A stretch of DNA of 64,000 nt from Schmidtea nova (lineage: Eukaryota): NCBI GenBank assembly GCA_044892505.1, contig CM097882.1, positions 419,926,001-419,990,000 of the forward strand, read 5' to 3'. Within the stretch, counting starts at the first letter, position 1, and each line of letters opens with the position of its first letter. The notes under the pieces are model-generated. The model had not been told where the DNA came from and did not search any database. It worked only from the letters and a program-made list of their open reading frames with translations. Below are positions 20,327-30,800 of this stretch, piece after piece. A program made the position numbers and the translations under genes.

Positions 20327-21429
20327 TAGTGACCAAATTCAAAATGGTAATGTCATTTTTATCAGCAAAGTCTTGTATTGTATCAAGTGCAACTTGTAGA
20401 ATCCAGCGAAATAAAAGGTATGCTAGTGATTTGTTTTTGATGTCATGTTTTCTTAAACTGTCATGCATTTCTTTTCATAAAATTGATAAGATCGCGTCCC
20501 GAAGGTCGTCGAATCTGAAGGGCGAAAAACGGGCCTCTCAGCGCATCACCTGGCGGTGACGGCTGATGCGGCGTTGCAGCATCAATAGAATGTGGAAGGG
20601 GTTGCACATGAGGTATCGTGAATGGAAAAGGTGGATGAGACATTCCACTGAGAGAAACTCTTTATCGAGTTAAAGTTAACGTATCTGAGAGAGAGAGACA
20701 ATTTTTAAGTAGCATTCGACATAGTGATTTCCGGTACCTATGACCCTATTGAAACAATTAAAATACGGGTATGCGACACATTAACCTCAATAATGTCAGG
20801 ATAATACAACCACTCCAAGGACACTAAGAATCAATTTCGTTCCAGAACGTAACATAGTGAGTAGATGAATGCATGGAGCGTAATGCTTGAATGAGTTGAA
20901 CGGTCGAATTATAAAGACGAGAATTTGATTGTAAAGTTACCGAGGTTGTATGATGGAGGAGTTCGCTTGTATAATGGCCAATGAATGCGCCATGAAATTG
21001 AATGAACAATGTCGCATGCAGTGAATGACAAATGATGATAGTATAAAATGATCCAAATTGTAACTGAACAAGTTGAGTTGATGAAATGCAAATGATAACC
21101 ACGTTTATTAAGTGCGGTGGTGGATGACGATGAAAACATGACTAAAAAGAATCAATGATAGATCAGAATGATAGATCAGAATGATGTCAAAAATTTTTAA
21201 GTAAACGAATAAATCATATGGAGGTGAAAGAATGATTGGGTATGCATGATGATAGAATGAGGAGTTTTGGGTGAAGTGAATCCCGCAACAACAGCTGTGG
21301 TATGATGGTCGGAATGGATGCCTAGTTTAATAAATTATAATCTCATCATATAAACGAACCAATGACATGAGGACGAATACCGGACCACATCAGCCCAAAC
21401 AATGGCAAACACTCCCACCCAAGGCTTTT

Positions 21430-21899
21430 ATAGACACAGAGGTACCTGAGAAGATAAAACAAGTAGTTGAAAGGAATATGCGCCACTGGCGAAGGAAACC
21501 GGTTCTTTGTTACCATTCGTGGGTACCAAATTGATGACCACGAGAATACGATAGGCAGGCGATGAGCACTGGCCTCTGATCGACGATACGAGACGACACC
21601 GTCAGACAGACTGGTTCCTAGAATTGTGTGATACCAAAGGAATTCCACAATGGTTGATACGATTTCAGCCGATATCGTTACATGTCTTTCATTGTCTGGG
21701 TTATATTCTGTTGGAGAGCCCGAGACACACTCGTACAGGAGAGCAGATTCCCTATTCCAATCTGCCGGAAGGAGTGCCGATTGCTGGAAGTCATGATTCA
21801 CCATGGATGTGTAACATACGTTGGCACAAAGAGTTCATATACCAAGGACGATTAAGTTTGCAACCAAATCCCGCGTATTATCACGCCAATGGAATCTAG
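21430..21899 (+). pseudogene. Unknown 'gene A', cassette copy 1 (disrupted)
   Basis: QVVERNMRHWRRK... and GIPQWLIRF...LGYILLESPRHTRTGEQIPYSNL...WMCNIRWHKEFIYQGRLSLQPNPAYYHANGI align with the minus-strand translation of 27365-27890. Confidence 0.6.
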
Positions 21900-22177
21900 A
21901 AAGATGAGAGTGAGTATGCTCAGGAGTGGAGCTTAGAGTCCGAAGATTGATAAGTGTGATGATCAATTGTAGTTAAAAATAAATAATTGTGACTTATAAT
22001 TAAATGAGTTCGTGTTGTGTGATGAAACTGATGAATGTGGTAAACGTTCAGAGATGGCTTGAAGTATGACGAACTGCTTAGAACCCATGACCTGAAACAC
22101 ATAACTGGGTAGATGAAATAGGGAAAGACTAGCATCGCTGTCAGCAACTCCATGTGTAAAAGTCATTTTTGTTTTAG

Positions 22178-22753
22178 ATGGAACTTCTACCCAAACCAGT
22201 AGACACTGAGGAGTACAATCAAGTCCGAAGGCATAACCGCATGCTAGAAGGAATGGTTAATAAATTTAGGGCGGAAAACGATGAACTCCGTCGAAGTTGG
22301 TTTTGCCCTACCGCGGTTGAAGGTATTCTGAAAGGCAAGGACAGAGTCCAAAGGGCGCTAGACGAGCAAATTATCGAACTGGCTGCAGTCAAGGTGGAAT
22401 TAAATAGATGCTTGCGAACGGTTTCAGAGCAGTTCATTTCTGACTATTTGAAAGACCAGATCCGAAAAACTACCTTTGATCGATGGGTGACCCCATGACG
22501 CATAACTACTGAGACCCAAACGGAAAACTTACAACAAATGAACCCCAGGCCTAAGGGAAATGAAGAAGCTAAGACAGGACCCATTGTCGCGAACGTTAAA
22601 ACGAAAAAGAGGAACCGACTGGGCGCAAAACGACGGCGTGAGCGCAGAGCATTCGCAGAGCGAATGGGAATCGAGGTAGATCTCCTCAGTGGATTCAGTG
22701 AAAGAAAATTGATAAAAGTGATTAACCCAAATGTATTGTTGAGTTACAAATAA
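22178..22753 (+). pseudogene. Unknown coiled-coil 'gene B', cassette copy 1, with in-frame TGA at 22496-22498
   Basis: Track ORFs 22178 and 22538 share one frame. ELAAVKVELNRCLRTVSEQFISDYLKDQIRKTTFDRW aligns with ORF 26411-26953; the C-terminus is basic (KKRNRLGAKRRRERR). Confidence 0.7.
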
Positions 22754-23157
22754 ATGTATAGTTAAATGACTTGGTTCGTAAAAGTTGATGAGTGATGCAT
22801 GGTAAAATAGAGGAGTGTCTGATTTAACTGATATAAACACAATTCATTTGACCGGTGATCACAAGAGAGATAATAAATAAACCCTAGACGTAATTAAATT
22901 GGCAACGGAACAAACCCACACAGACCTTCTATCAGTAGTGGTAGACCCGTAGATAAATGAGGGAATAGTAGCCGCAAGGTTGCTCACCTGCCTCATCATT
23001 CTAAAACGTTGATACAGTACCAACATGATGAGTAGTTAGGGATACATCATGGGTATCAAGGGGGAAGCGTGTTTATGTTGGTGAGATTACCCTAACCAGA
23101 ATATCAAAAATAAAATCTCAGTTGAAAAATCTATACCAACAGACTAGCAGGTTAGAC

Positions 23158-23905
23158 CAGTGGTTCTCAAAGCGTGTTCCGCGGAACACTGGTGTTCCGG
23201 CGATCACTTTCAAGTGTTCCGCGAAAAAATCAAATGTACAATTCAATTTAAAATTTTTCGCAAATAAAAATCAATTCAATATAAAATTTATACGTACCAT
23301 TCGGCTTTGTATAAATACAAATCGGGTTAAAATTATTTCTTGGAAACATAAAATATTATTGCAGTTTCAAAATTATTATTGTTATTTTCCACGTCATATC
23401 ATTGCGAAGCAGGATTTTCAACTATGGTTAATATAAGGACAAACAAACGCGAGAGACTATGGAATTTAGAAGAAGAAATGCGAGTAGCTTTATCATTTTC
23501 TCGTCCAAATATCACTGAGATCTGTAAATATCGTCAAGCTCATGTATCGCATTAAGTTTGATATTTTTTCAAAGTATTGTAATTTTAATTGTGTTTTCAA
23601 TAAATATATTTGCATCAATCAATATTGGTACATATTTTATTTATATACATATTTTTTCTAAAAGTAGCACTTTGAAACAGTCGGTTGCCAATTACACGCT
23701 GCAACACTATTCCGTTTCCTTTTTTGTTCTATAATAATGGAGTGTTTTTGCGAACATTATTCTATTTTTTATTGCTCTTTTGATTTTTTAAAAGGTTAAC
23801 TACCTTCGCCTCCTGTTTTAAAGTTTATGTTGTATTGTAGATGTTCCACCTAAAAATGTATCAGAGTTAAGTGTTACCCGACTTCAAAAAGTTTGAGAAC
23901 CACTG
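23158..23905 (+). mobile_element. Non-autonomous hAT (Charlie/Buster-type) element, 748 bp
   Basis: TIRs CAGTGGTTCTCAAA / TTTGAGAACCACTG and a perfect 8-bp TSD GGTTAGAC (23150-23157, 23906-23913); internal transposase C-terminal remnant RERLWNLEEEMRVALSFSRPNITEICKYRQAHVSH*. Confidence 0.95.
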
Positions 23906-24262
23906 GGTTAGACAATAGTGATTTGGTTACCATAGAATTCGATTCTGCTATGGTACCAGCAATTTTAATAAAATGAATTTTGAAATAGAATCAAAGTAGG
24001 TAAAACTTTGATAATGAAGAATTTGATATTGGAAAGGCTGATTTTTGTAATTATTAAAGACGAAATTGAATTTGTTGAACTTAGTATCATTAAATAAAGT
24101 AATAAACAAAATACGGATAAAATAAAGTCAATCAAAGAATTCGAAAGACCAAAATGTTTAGAGATTACAAAAATAGTTTTAATGAATTTTCACATTGAAA
24201 GAGTAATCAAAATATTTTCACAGATTTATACCAAAAATTATATTATTAAAAAATTATTATAT

Positions 24263-24814
24263 TTATAAAAATTGTAATAATTGTAGGAATACTAAAAACC
24301 AATTAGATTTTATTAATAGAAATTGATCGCTAATTGATAAGCCGGTTTTTCGCAACCGGAGATCTTGATCAATGATATCAAGAGTTGAAATGAGAAGGCT
24401 CCATGACAGTTTGTATTGATTGATTTCCGGTGCTGACAAATAATCCATAAATCGAGATTGATTGTGATCCAATGTATTGATTTGTAGATTTTTAGAGTTA
24501 GTCATTTCCGATTTGTCTGGATTGTATATTAATATTGATCCAGTTGTTGACAAGCATCTTCCAGTTTGTACAACTTCTTTTCGCATTCCAGCAGCGAGTC
24601 ATTTCTGCAATTTACAGAACTGGAAATTGTTTCTTCTTTGAATATCGACTACACAATCTCCACTAGGATGGCACTGATAATTGCTGTCATTTGATGAAAA
24701 CGAGTCACTGTGAATGTCTTGGGTGAACTGTGGTGAATTATCAATCATTAAACACTGGCCGAGTGTCGTTGAGTTGTTAACGGGGTATATCGAATCATTG
24801 TTAGTAGTTTGCAT
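24263..24814 (-). pseudogene. Nuclear hormone receptor fragment: second C4 zinc finger plus C-terminal extension only
   Basis: Track ORFs 24599-24814 and 24263-24586 share one frame: [40 protein letters not shown] matches the NR finger-2 consensus, with one Cys changed to Phe and another to TGA. Confidence 0.8.
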
Positions 24815-25155
24815 TTTTTGTTTGTGATCAGCGTGAATATGAAAATATGTAAATATTAAAACAAGTCTATTAATTTTTACTCCATTTAATAATTACTTAA
24901 ATTAAATTAATTAATTTAAAAAATAAAAGAAATTTATAAAATTGAATATTTAATCTAAGGCACTACAATAATTATAATAAAATTATATAAGTATTTCTTC
25001 GGATGTCATCTTGGTTGTATTTCCAATGAATTGAATAAATATATTTTATTTTACGGAAAATTTATTTACATTTAAATACACTGTATTATGTAATCATATA
25101 ATATTTATATAATAACAAGTCTAAAAATACATAAAACATTTTCAAAGTTCAAAAC

Positions 25156-26103
25156 ATGCCTATGAGAAAAGTAACAAAAAGTTTACAAGATAAAAAACGT
25201 GAAAAATCGAAATCAAAAAAATCAACTTCAATATTTAAATCAATTTTAAAAAGCATAACAAAGGGGAAATTTGCACCTTTCCTTTCAAAATTTAGATCAA
25301 ATTTTAACAAAGAGCCAGCTAATGAATATGTTGTTCTGAAACCCTTATATACTACCAGTGGGTCCACCATATTGCTAGTAGAAGAGGAAAGATCTGGACA
25401 AAAATACATTCAGAAAGTGTTTAAAAACGCTTTATTTTTTACAAATGAATTGAAAATGATGCTTAAAGTTGGTCAACATGACAATATAATTCCATTCATT
25501 GAATCCATTGACTCCTACATATTAGGCAAATCTCTGATATACGAGTTTGCTAACGGCGGTGATCTCTGCCATGAAATCATGTCAAGTGGAAGAGTTACCA
25601 ATCATACAGCCATGACAATAATGTTACAAGTTTTTAGTGCAGTCTCATTTATACATTCAAAGTCCATCATTCATCGTGACATAAAGTTAGATAACATTGT
25701 TTGCTATAAACATAACAATATCTTGATAAAAGTCAAACTGATCGATTTCGGGTTTTCTATTATATATGATAAGAAAAAGCCCATTGTAAGTTTGGCAGGA
25801 ACAGTGGGCTACATGGCACCGGAAATGCTTTTATATCAACCCCATACGTTGGCAGTTGATATATGGTCATGTGCGATTCTCATGATAACTGTTTGCACTG
25901 GTCGTCATCCATTGAATCCGAATATATTAACGACATTTGAAATTAAAAATATAACTCTCTATGGTAAAATAGACCTGGCTGTCATTGAAGACATAGATAC
26001 ATTTGTCGCAAATATTATTCGAAAGATGTTGCTAAAAGCACCATCACAACGACCACCAGCAATTGATATATTGAACAGCCTGAAAAGTCACTGTTTTGAC
26101 TAA
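25156..26103 (+). CDS. Intronless Ser/Thr protein kinase (CAMK-like), 315 aa
   Basis: IYEFANGGDL, IIHRDIKLDNI, KLIDFGFS, GTVGYMAPE and DIWSCAI are present; the Gly-rich loop is degenerate. Confidence 0.92.
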   Translation: MPMRKVTKSLQDKKREKSKSKKSTSIFKSILKSITKGKFAPFLSKFRSNFNKEPANEYVVLKPLYTTSGSTILLVEEERSGQKYIQKVFKNALFFTNELKMMLKVGQHDNIIPFIESIDSYILGKSLIYEFANGGDLCHEIMSSGRVTNHTAMTIMLQVFSAVSFIHSKSIIHRDIKLDNIVCYKHNNILIKVKLIDFGFSIIYDKKKPIVSLAGTVGYMAPEMLLYQPHTLAVDIWSCAILMITVCTGRHPLNPNILTTFEIKNITLYGKIDLAVIEDIDTFVANIIRKMLLKAPSQRPPAIDILNSLKSHCFD

Positions 26104-26410
26104 ACTTGAAATGAATAAATAAGTAGTATAGGATAATTTTGTAATATAATTATAATTTTATAGTATAAATATAATATAATTTTTATAATTTTAAATTCTG
26201 AATTTTGGAAAATTTTTTGTAAATTAGAGAAAATATTTTTTGATTTATTATCTGAAAAAATAAAACCAAAATTCATTAAATGATGATTAAAGTTTGTAAT
26301 GATATTTCATTATTAATAATAATCTGATAGTTTAGTCACATGCTGCAGTTTGGGATCTTTTATAAAGAAAGACCGTTATAAAAAGAACACGTTTATACTA
26401 TTGAGGATAC

Positions 26411-26953
26411 CTAAATAATAAATAATATTATAAATAAATAGAATAACTTTGGGGAAAAACCGATAGGGTGATTGAGGTAGCATTCTGGAATTTGAAAAAG
26501 AAAACGGAAAAGGGCTGGTGTGTGGTGTGACGATTGAGTTGTATTTGGTCTCGCATTAGGGCAAACTCCACCAACATAAAAACGTAAACCCCGCGATGGA
26601 TCCGTTTGCGTTACTCTCGTTGACAAATGCTGAGTTGCCCATCTTTCAAACGTTATTCGTCGTATTTGTTCCTTTAGGTGCTGATATACGAAGTCTGATG
26701 TGACTGCTCTGAGGCACCGATTTAGTTCAAGTTTAGTGGCCGACAGTTCCGTCGCTTGGTCGTTTATCGCGTGATTTAGTCGATCAATCCACTGCATTGC
26801 CAACTTCATACTGGCTGGAGCGAACCAAGTTTGGTGCATTTCTTTGTTTATTTGGATTTGGTGTGTCAGCCTCTTTACTAGTGACGCTTTCTCACGTTTT
26901 AGTTGTCTGACCATCTGTCGGTATTCGATTATTTCTCTACTTCCTTTACTCAT
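26411..26953 (-). CDS. Unknown coiled-coil 'gene B', cassette copy 2
   Basis: ELSATKLELNRCLRAVTSDFVYQHLKEQIRRITFERWAT...TQT is homologous to 22178-22753. Confidence 0.7.
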   Translation of the reverse strand: MSKGSREIIEYRQMVRQLKREKASLVKRLTHQIQINKEMHQTWFAPASMKLAMQWIDRLNHAINDQATELSATKLELNRCLRAVTSDFVYQHLKEQIRRITFERWATQHLSTRVTQTDPSRGLRFYVGGVCPNARPNTTQSSHHTPALFRFLFQIPECYLNHPIGFSPKLFYLFIILFII

Positions 26954-27364
26954 CTACAAAATAAAGCATTCATGCATACCATAATAATGATCCCCTCCGC
27001 AAACTATGTATACGCAGACTCCCCTATTTATCACGAACTCCTTTCCCAAAATGTGATTGGCAACTCTATCGGATTACTGGGATAATACAGGTTCTATATC
27101 AATTTGGCAGTCCAAACATTTGCACTCCACATTAGTATCTCCCCGTCTGTAATTGACACTCCAATAATTACTATTGATTAAAAGTCTCAACCAGTCACTG
27201 CAGTTACTAACACGATGTTCAAATTTTAACAAAAAACTTCTTGAAAACAATCAACAAACATTCCATTAACATCAAACGAAGTCGTAAAACGAAAACTAGC
27301 TAACAAAGTTAAATATTCAAAAATTAAACAAAATCATATCGGTATATGAGTTCACCGATATACT

Positions 27365-27890
27365 TCAGCTGCAGTGATAGATGAGCTCCTGAGAGAACTT
27401 TTCACCCTCTTTTATGATCCCATCAGCACTATAGATAGCTGGGTTGGGTTTCCAGCATAGGTGTGTCTGATAAAAAAACACTTCCTGAATTCGAATCTTT
27501 GCCGCCCAATCTGATCTTTCTCTCCATTCATCTTGAAACATGAATTTGAGATTGGAATATTCCTGAATTTCTCCTGTAGTGATGTACCACGGTCTGTCAA
27601 AACACGATGAAGCCGAGTGAGTTTAACTCTTGGATCTTGATGTCATAGAAATATATCAGTCATCTGGGTACATTCAATACATCTCGAAGTACAATGGACC
27701 ATTGGGTGACACCATGTTCCAATTATGTAGAGGGCCATCGTGGTACGCCTTTCCACCATACTTCTTCATTGGCCTTCTTCATTTTCCCATATCCCGAATG
27801 GGGCTTTCGATTGGAATTGGCGTCGCTACGTCCATATATGGTGGTTCACTTCTCGTAGGACGACTTGTGGGAGTACTTTAGTACGATGTT
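27365..27890 (-). pseudogene. Unknown 'gene A', cassette copy 2 (stops and a frameshift)
   Basis: Manual translation: QVVLREVNHHIWT*RR...VPR*LIYF...LGFIV[fs]DRPWYITTGEIQEYSNL...WAAKIRIQEVFFYQTHLCWKPNPAIYSADGI, homologous to 21430-21899. Confidence 0.6.
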
Positions 27891-30800
27891 AAGCCGGTTT
27901 GACTATAATTCCATTGCGATAATATCGGACTATTGTTGAACTGGATTGTCGAGATTGCGTCTTCATATTCTAACTGCTAAAACACAAACATACTAACATA
28001 CTCACACATCATACCCGTCACTTGGTAAAAATATTGAAAATAATAATAATGTTGAGAATCTGAGAATCTCAACCTAAGGTTCTTATATAAATAAATAAGT
28101 CAACACTGGTTCTTACTAAATTTTTTATTAAATAACAAAATAATAATTACCAGACTAAATCAAAATCAAACAACTTCTTTCAAATCAAAATTTGTCTATG
28201 TGTGAATGTGTTATGATTGTAATATGTAATGCGTGAATGCTGTTCTGAGTTCGATTTACTGTATGCTCTAATTTAATTTTATAGTCGATAACAACTAAAA
28301 GATTTTCAATCGCGGTGATTTTTGGGGTGGTTTGACTGAAAAATCAGTCTACTTATATATCAATTTTTTGTTGACACTCTTTTTCGAATGTCAACACACT
28401 TTTTTATATTTAAAAAAAATATTTTGCACAAAAAAGTGATGTTTATTTTTGAGCACTTAGTGCTTTTATTTTCTGGCATTAAAAGTGCCTTTTTTTGCGA
28501 ATTTTCATTTTTTTTGCTCGATAATAATAATAATTTTTAAAATGATAATAATAATCATAATTATAATTATAATGATATAAAGTGATTTTCTTCTTAAAAA
28601 TTCTTACTCTATCTAATACGAAACAAAATTGATGTTGTCGGTTTTCCAATTGAAAATTTTCTTGCTTTTATAATTGCTTATTAAACAACTTTTAGAGTAA
28701 AAACTTAGAATTCTAAAAGAATATATAAAGTTAAATATATGCTACCAATAAACAAGAATATTAAAATTAAGAAAAGAACTTTATTGCAATTTTGAAAAAT
28801 AAATTTTCAAAATTATTGAATATTAAAAGGAAAACTTTCATTAATCTTTTATTTAGTCTCAGTCCTCTGAGAAAATATTTATTACTTTGGAAAGTAATTA
28901 AGCAAATATTCGACTGAGAAAATCAATTTTTATTTCGCAAAATTATGGCTTAATCTTATTCTTTCAAATATTTTTATTTTTCAAACAATTTATATACATA
29001 TAAGTAGGAAGGCTTCGAATAAATAATTTTTATAATCAATTAAATGTCAATTCATAATTTCTGACGATGCTAAAAATTCTTAGACAATTCATGGAAAAAT
29101 AGATCTTGCATTGAATTTTAGAAAATTGGATAACAATTCAGATTTCAACTGATTCTAATTATCAAATTACATATTTTAAATAAACGAATATTTTTATCAA
29201 ATCTTAAAATTTAATTGGAAATGAAAATAAATTTTGTCTATGATCAAAATAATAATAATAACAATTATTTTTTTTACAACAATAGTAATAATAATATTTT
29301 ATTTCCCTTATTCACGCATAATTACATTTAAACAAAAATTTAAAAAATCAGTAAATTAAATAACAATATCATTAAAATCATAGTTAATTTTGTTTATCAA
29401 CAAAATAAAATTAAATGATCAATTTTTTCAAAAACGTTCATGGTTGTTGTTCCATCATTATCGGTTTGATTGGTCCCGCTTGTGATCTACATATATGTTA
29501 ATTCTGTACTTATTGGTACCTATTGTGTAATATTTTATGTGTATTTTTCCATGCTTTATATATGGTTGCTTTCTATATATATGTGTGTGCCACAAAATTA
29601 CAAATCAATTTTTTAGTGCTTTTCTCTCAACCGATTCACTTCAAATTTTGCACACTTGCTCACTTCCGGTGACAAAACATGGAAATTGATAAATTTGTCC
29701 AAAAAAAGTTAATTAAGTTAACTAAATAACAATTTGAATTTCCCCATACATTTAACAATGGACGAGAGGTAAATGTGTTGGTGTCTTCAGAGAAATTTTG
29801 CGTGTAAATGTAATATAAATTGCAAAAAAAAATTTCTCAGCCAAGTGGAGTTCTGCTCGCATAAAGCATGGATTTGAAAAAAGAATTTTTTTTTGATTTA
29901 TTTATTTTAATGTGTAACTCTTATGACCGTTCCATCTTCTAACAATAAAAAGAATCAAAACGACTGCAAAACTCATCCCCCTTTATTTAGTAATGGCCAT
30001 TTCACAACGACATACCGATAACGTATCAGGTGAACTTCTCTGCGAAGCTGTGAAAATTCGATCTGCCCGGTTCAACTATTACATAATTATGAACTCACGA
30101 CAGAAATTACCAGTGAAATATTTCCGTTTCCCTGCCTTGGCATTTCTCGTTATGGTAAACATTATGGTAAACATTATGGTAAACACGCTACTGGTCAATT
30201 TCGTCGTATTACGAACGGGTTTATCGATCTACAAATCGCAAATATTTCTCAACTATGTGTGGACTAAACAAAGTTGTTACGAATATACCTTACTCCTATT
30301 ACTCAAATACATTACGAACTTTATAGTTTTACACTATGGATTTATCTCAACCTTGTGCACATCCCTATTTGGATTAATTGCCTCGTTTGATTCGGACTCA
30401 ATAGACCATTATGTTGGTACTTTTATAGAAAAACGAAATGTCCTATATTTCTACATCCAAACCGCTCTCAAATTTTGTTGAAATGGTTACCGAAAAATGA
30501 ATGAAATACTCATGTGGTATTTAATAACCGTTACTTGTCATGTGTGGAACTGCTTAATCTAAACCAATCAATTGAATGCCCTATGTGTGTTAAAATACTT
30601 TTCCTCAATACTCTCAATACCAAATTATGAAAACCTCGTTCGTTAGAAAATAAAATCATTACAAATCAAACACTATGTGCAATTCCCCTCCCTGTATTAG
30701 GTGCACAGTCACCGCATAGCACAACTTCCAAAGGAGTAAGGACGAGAGGCCAATTCCGCCTTATGGGTTGCGAGGCCACTATAACGTAACCTTAATGATT

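Noticed and set aside
21346-21804. 152-aa minus-strand ORF as the real gene
   Set aside because: Homology with the 27.4-27.9 kb copy lies on the opposite (+) strand.
3817-27660. Alternative genetic code or programmed readthrough explaining the in-frame stops (TGA aligns with Trp at 3817 and at about 27650)
   Set aside because: TGA also aligns with Arg (5926) and Cys (24599); TAA and TAG occur too; nearly all Trp codons are TGG; and the same codons end intact genes. Point mutation is simpler.
29993-30620. 162-aa ORF, or a RING-like remnant (LLKWLP...ECPMC) in another frame
   Set aside because: No consistent Cys/His spacing and several stops; insufficient support.
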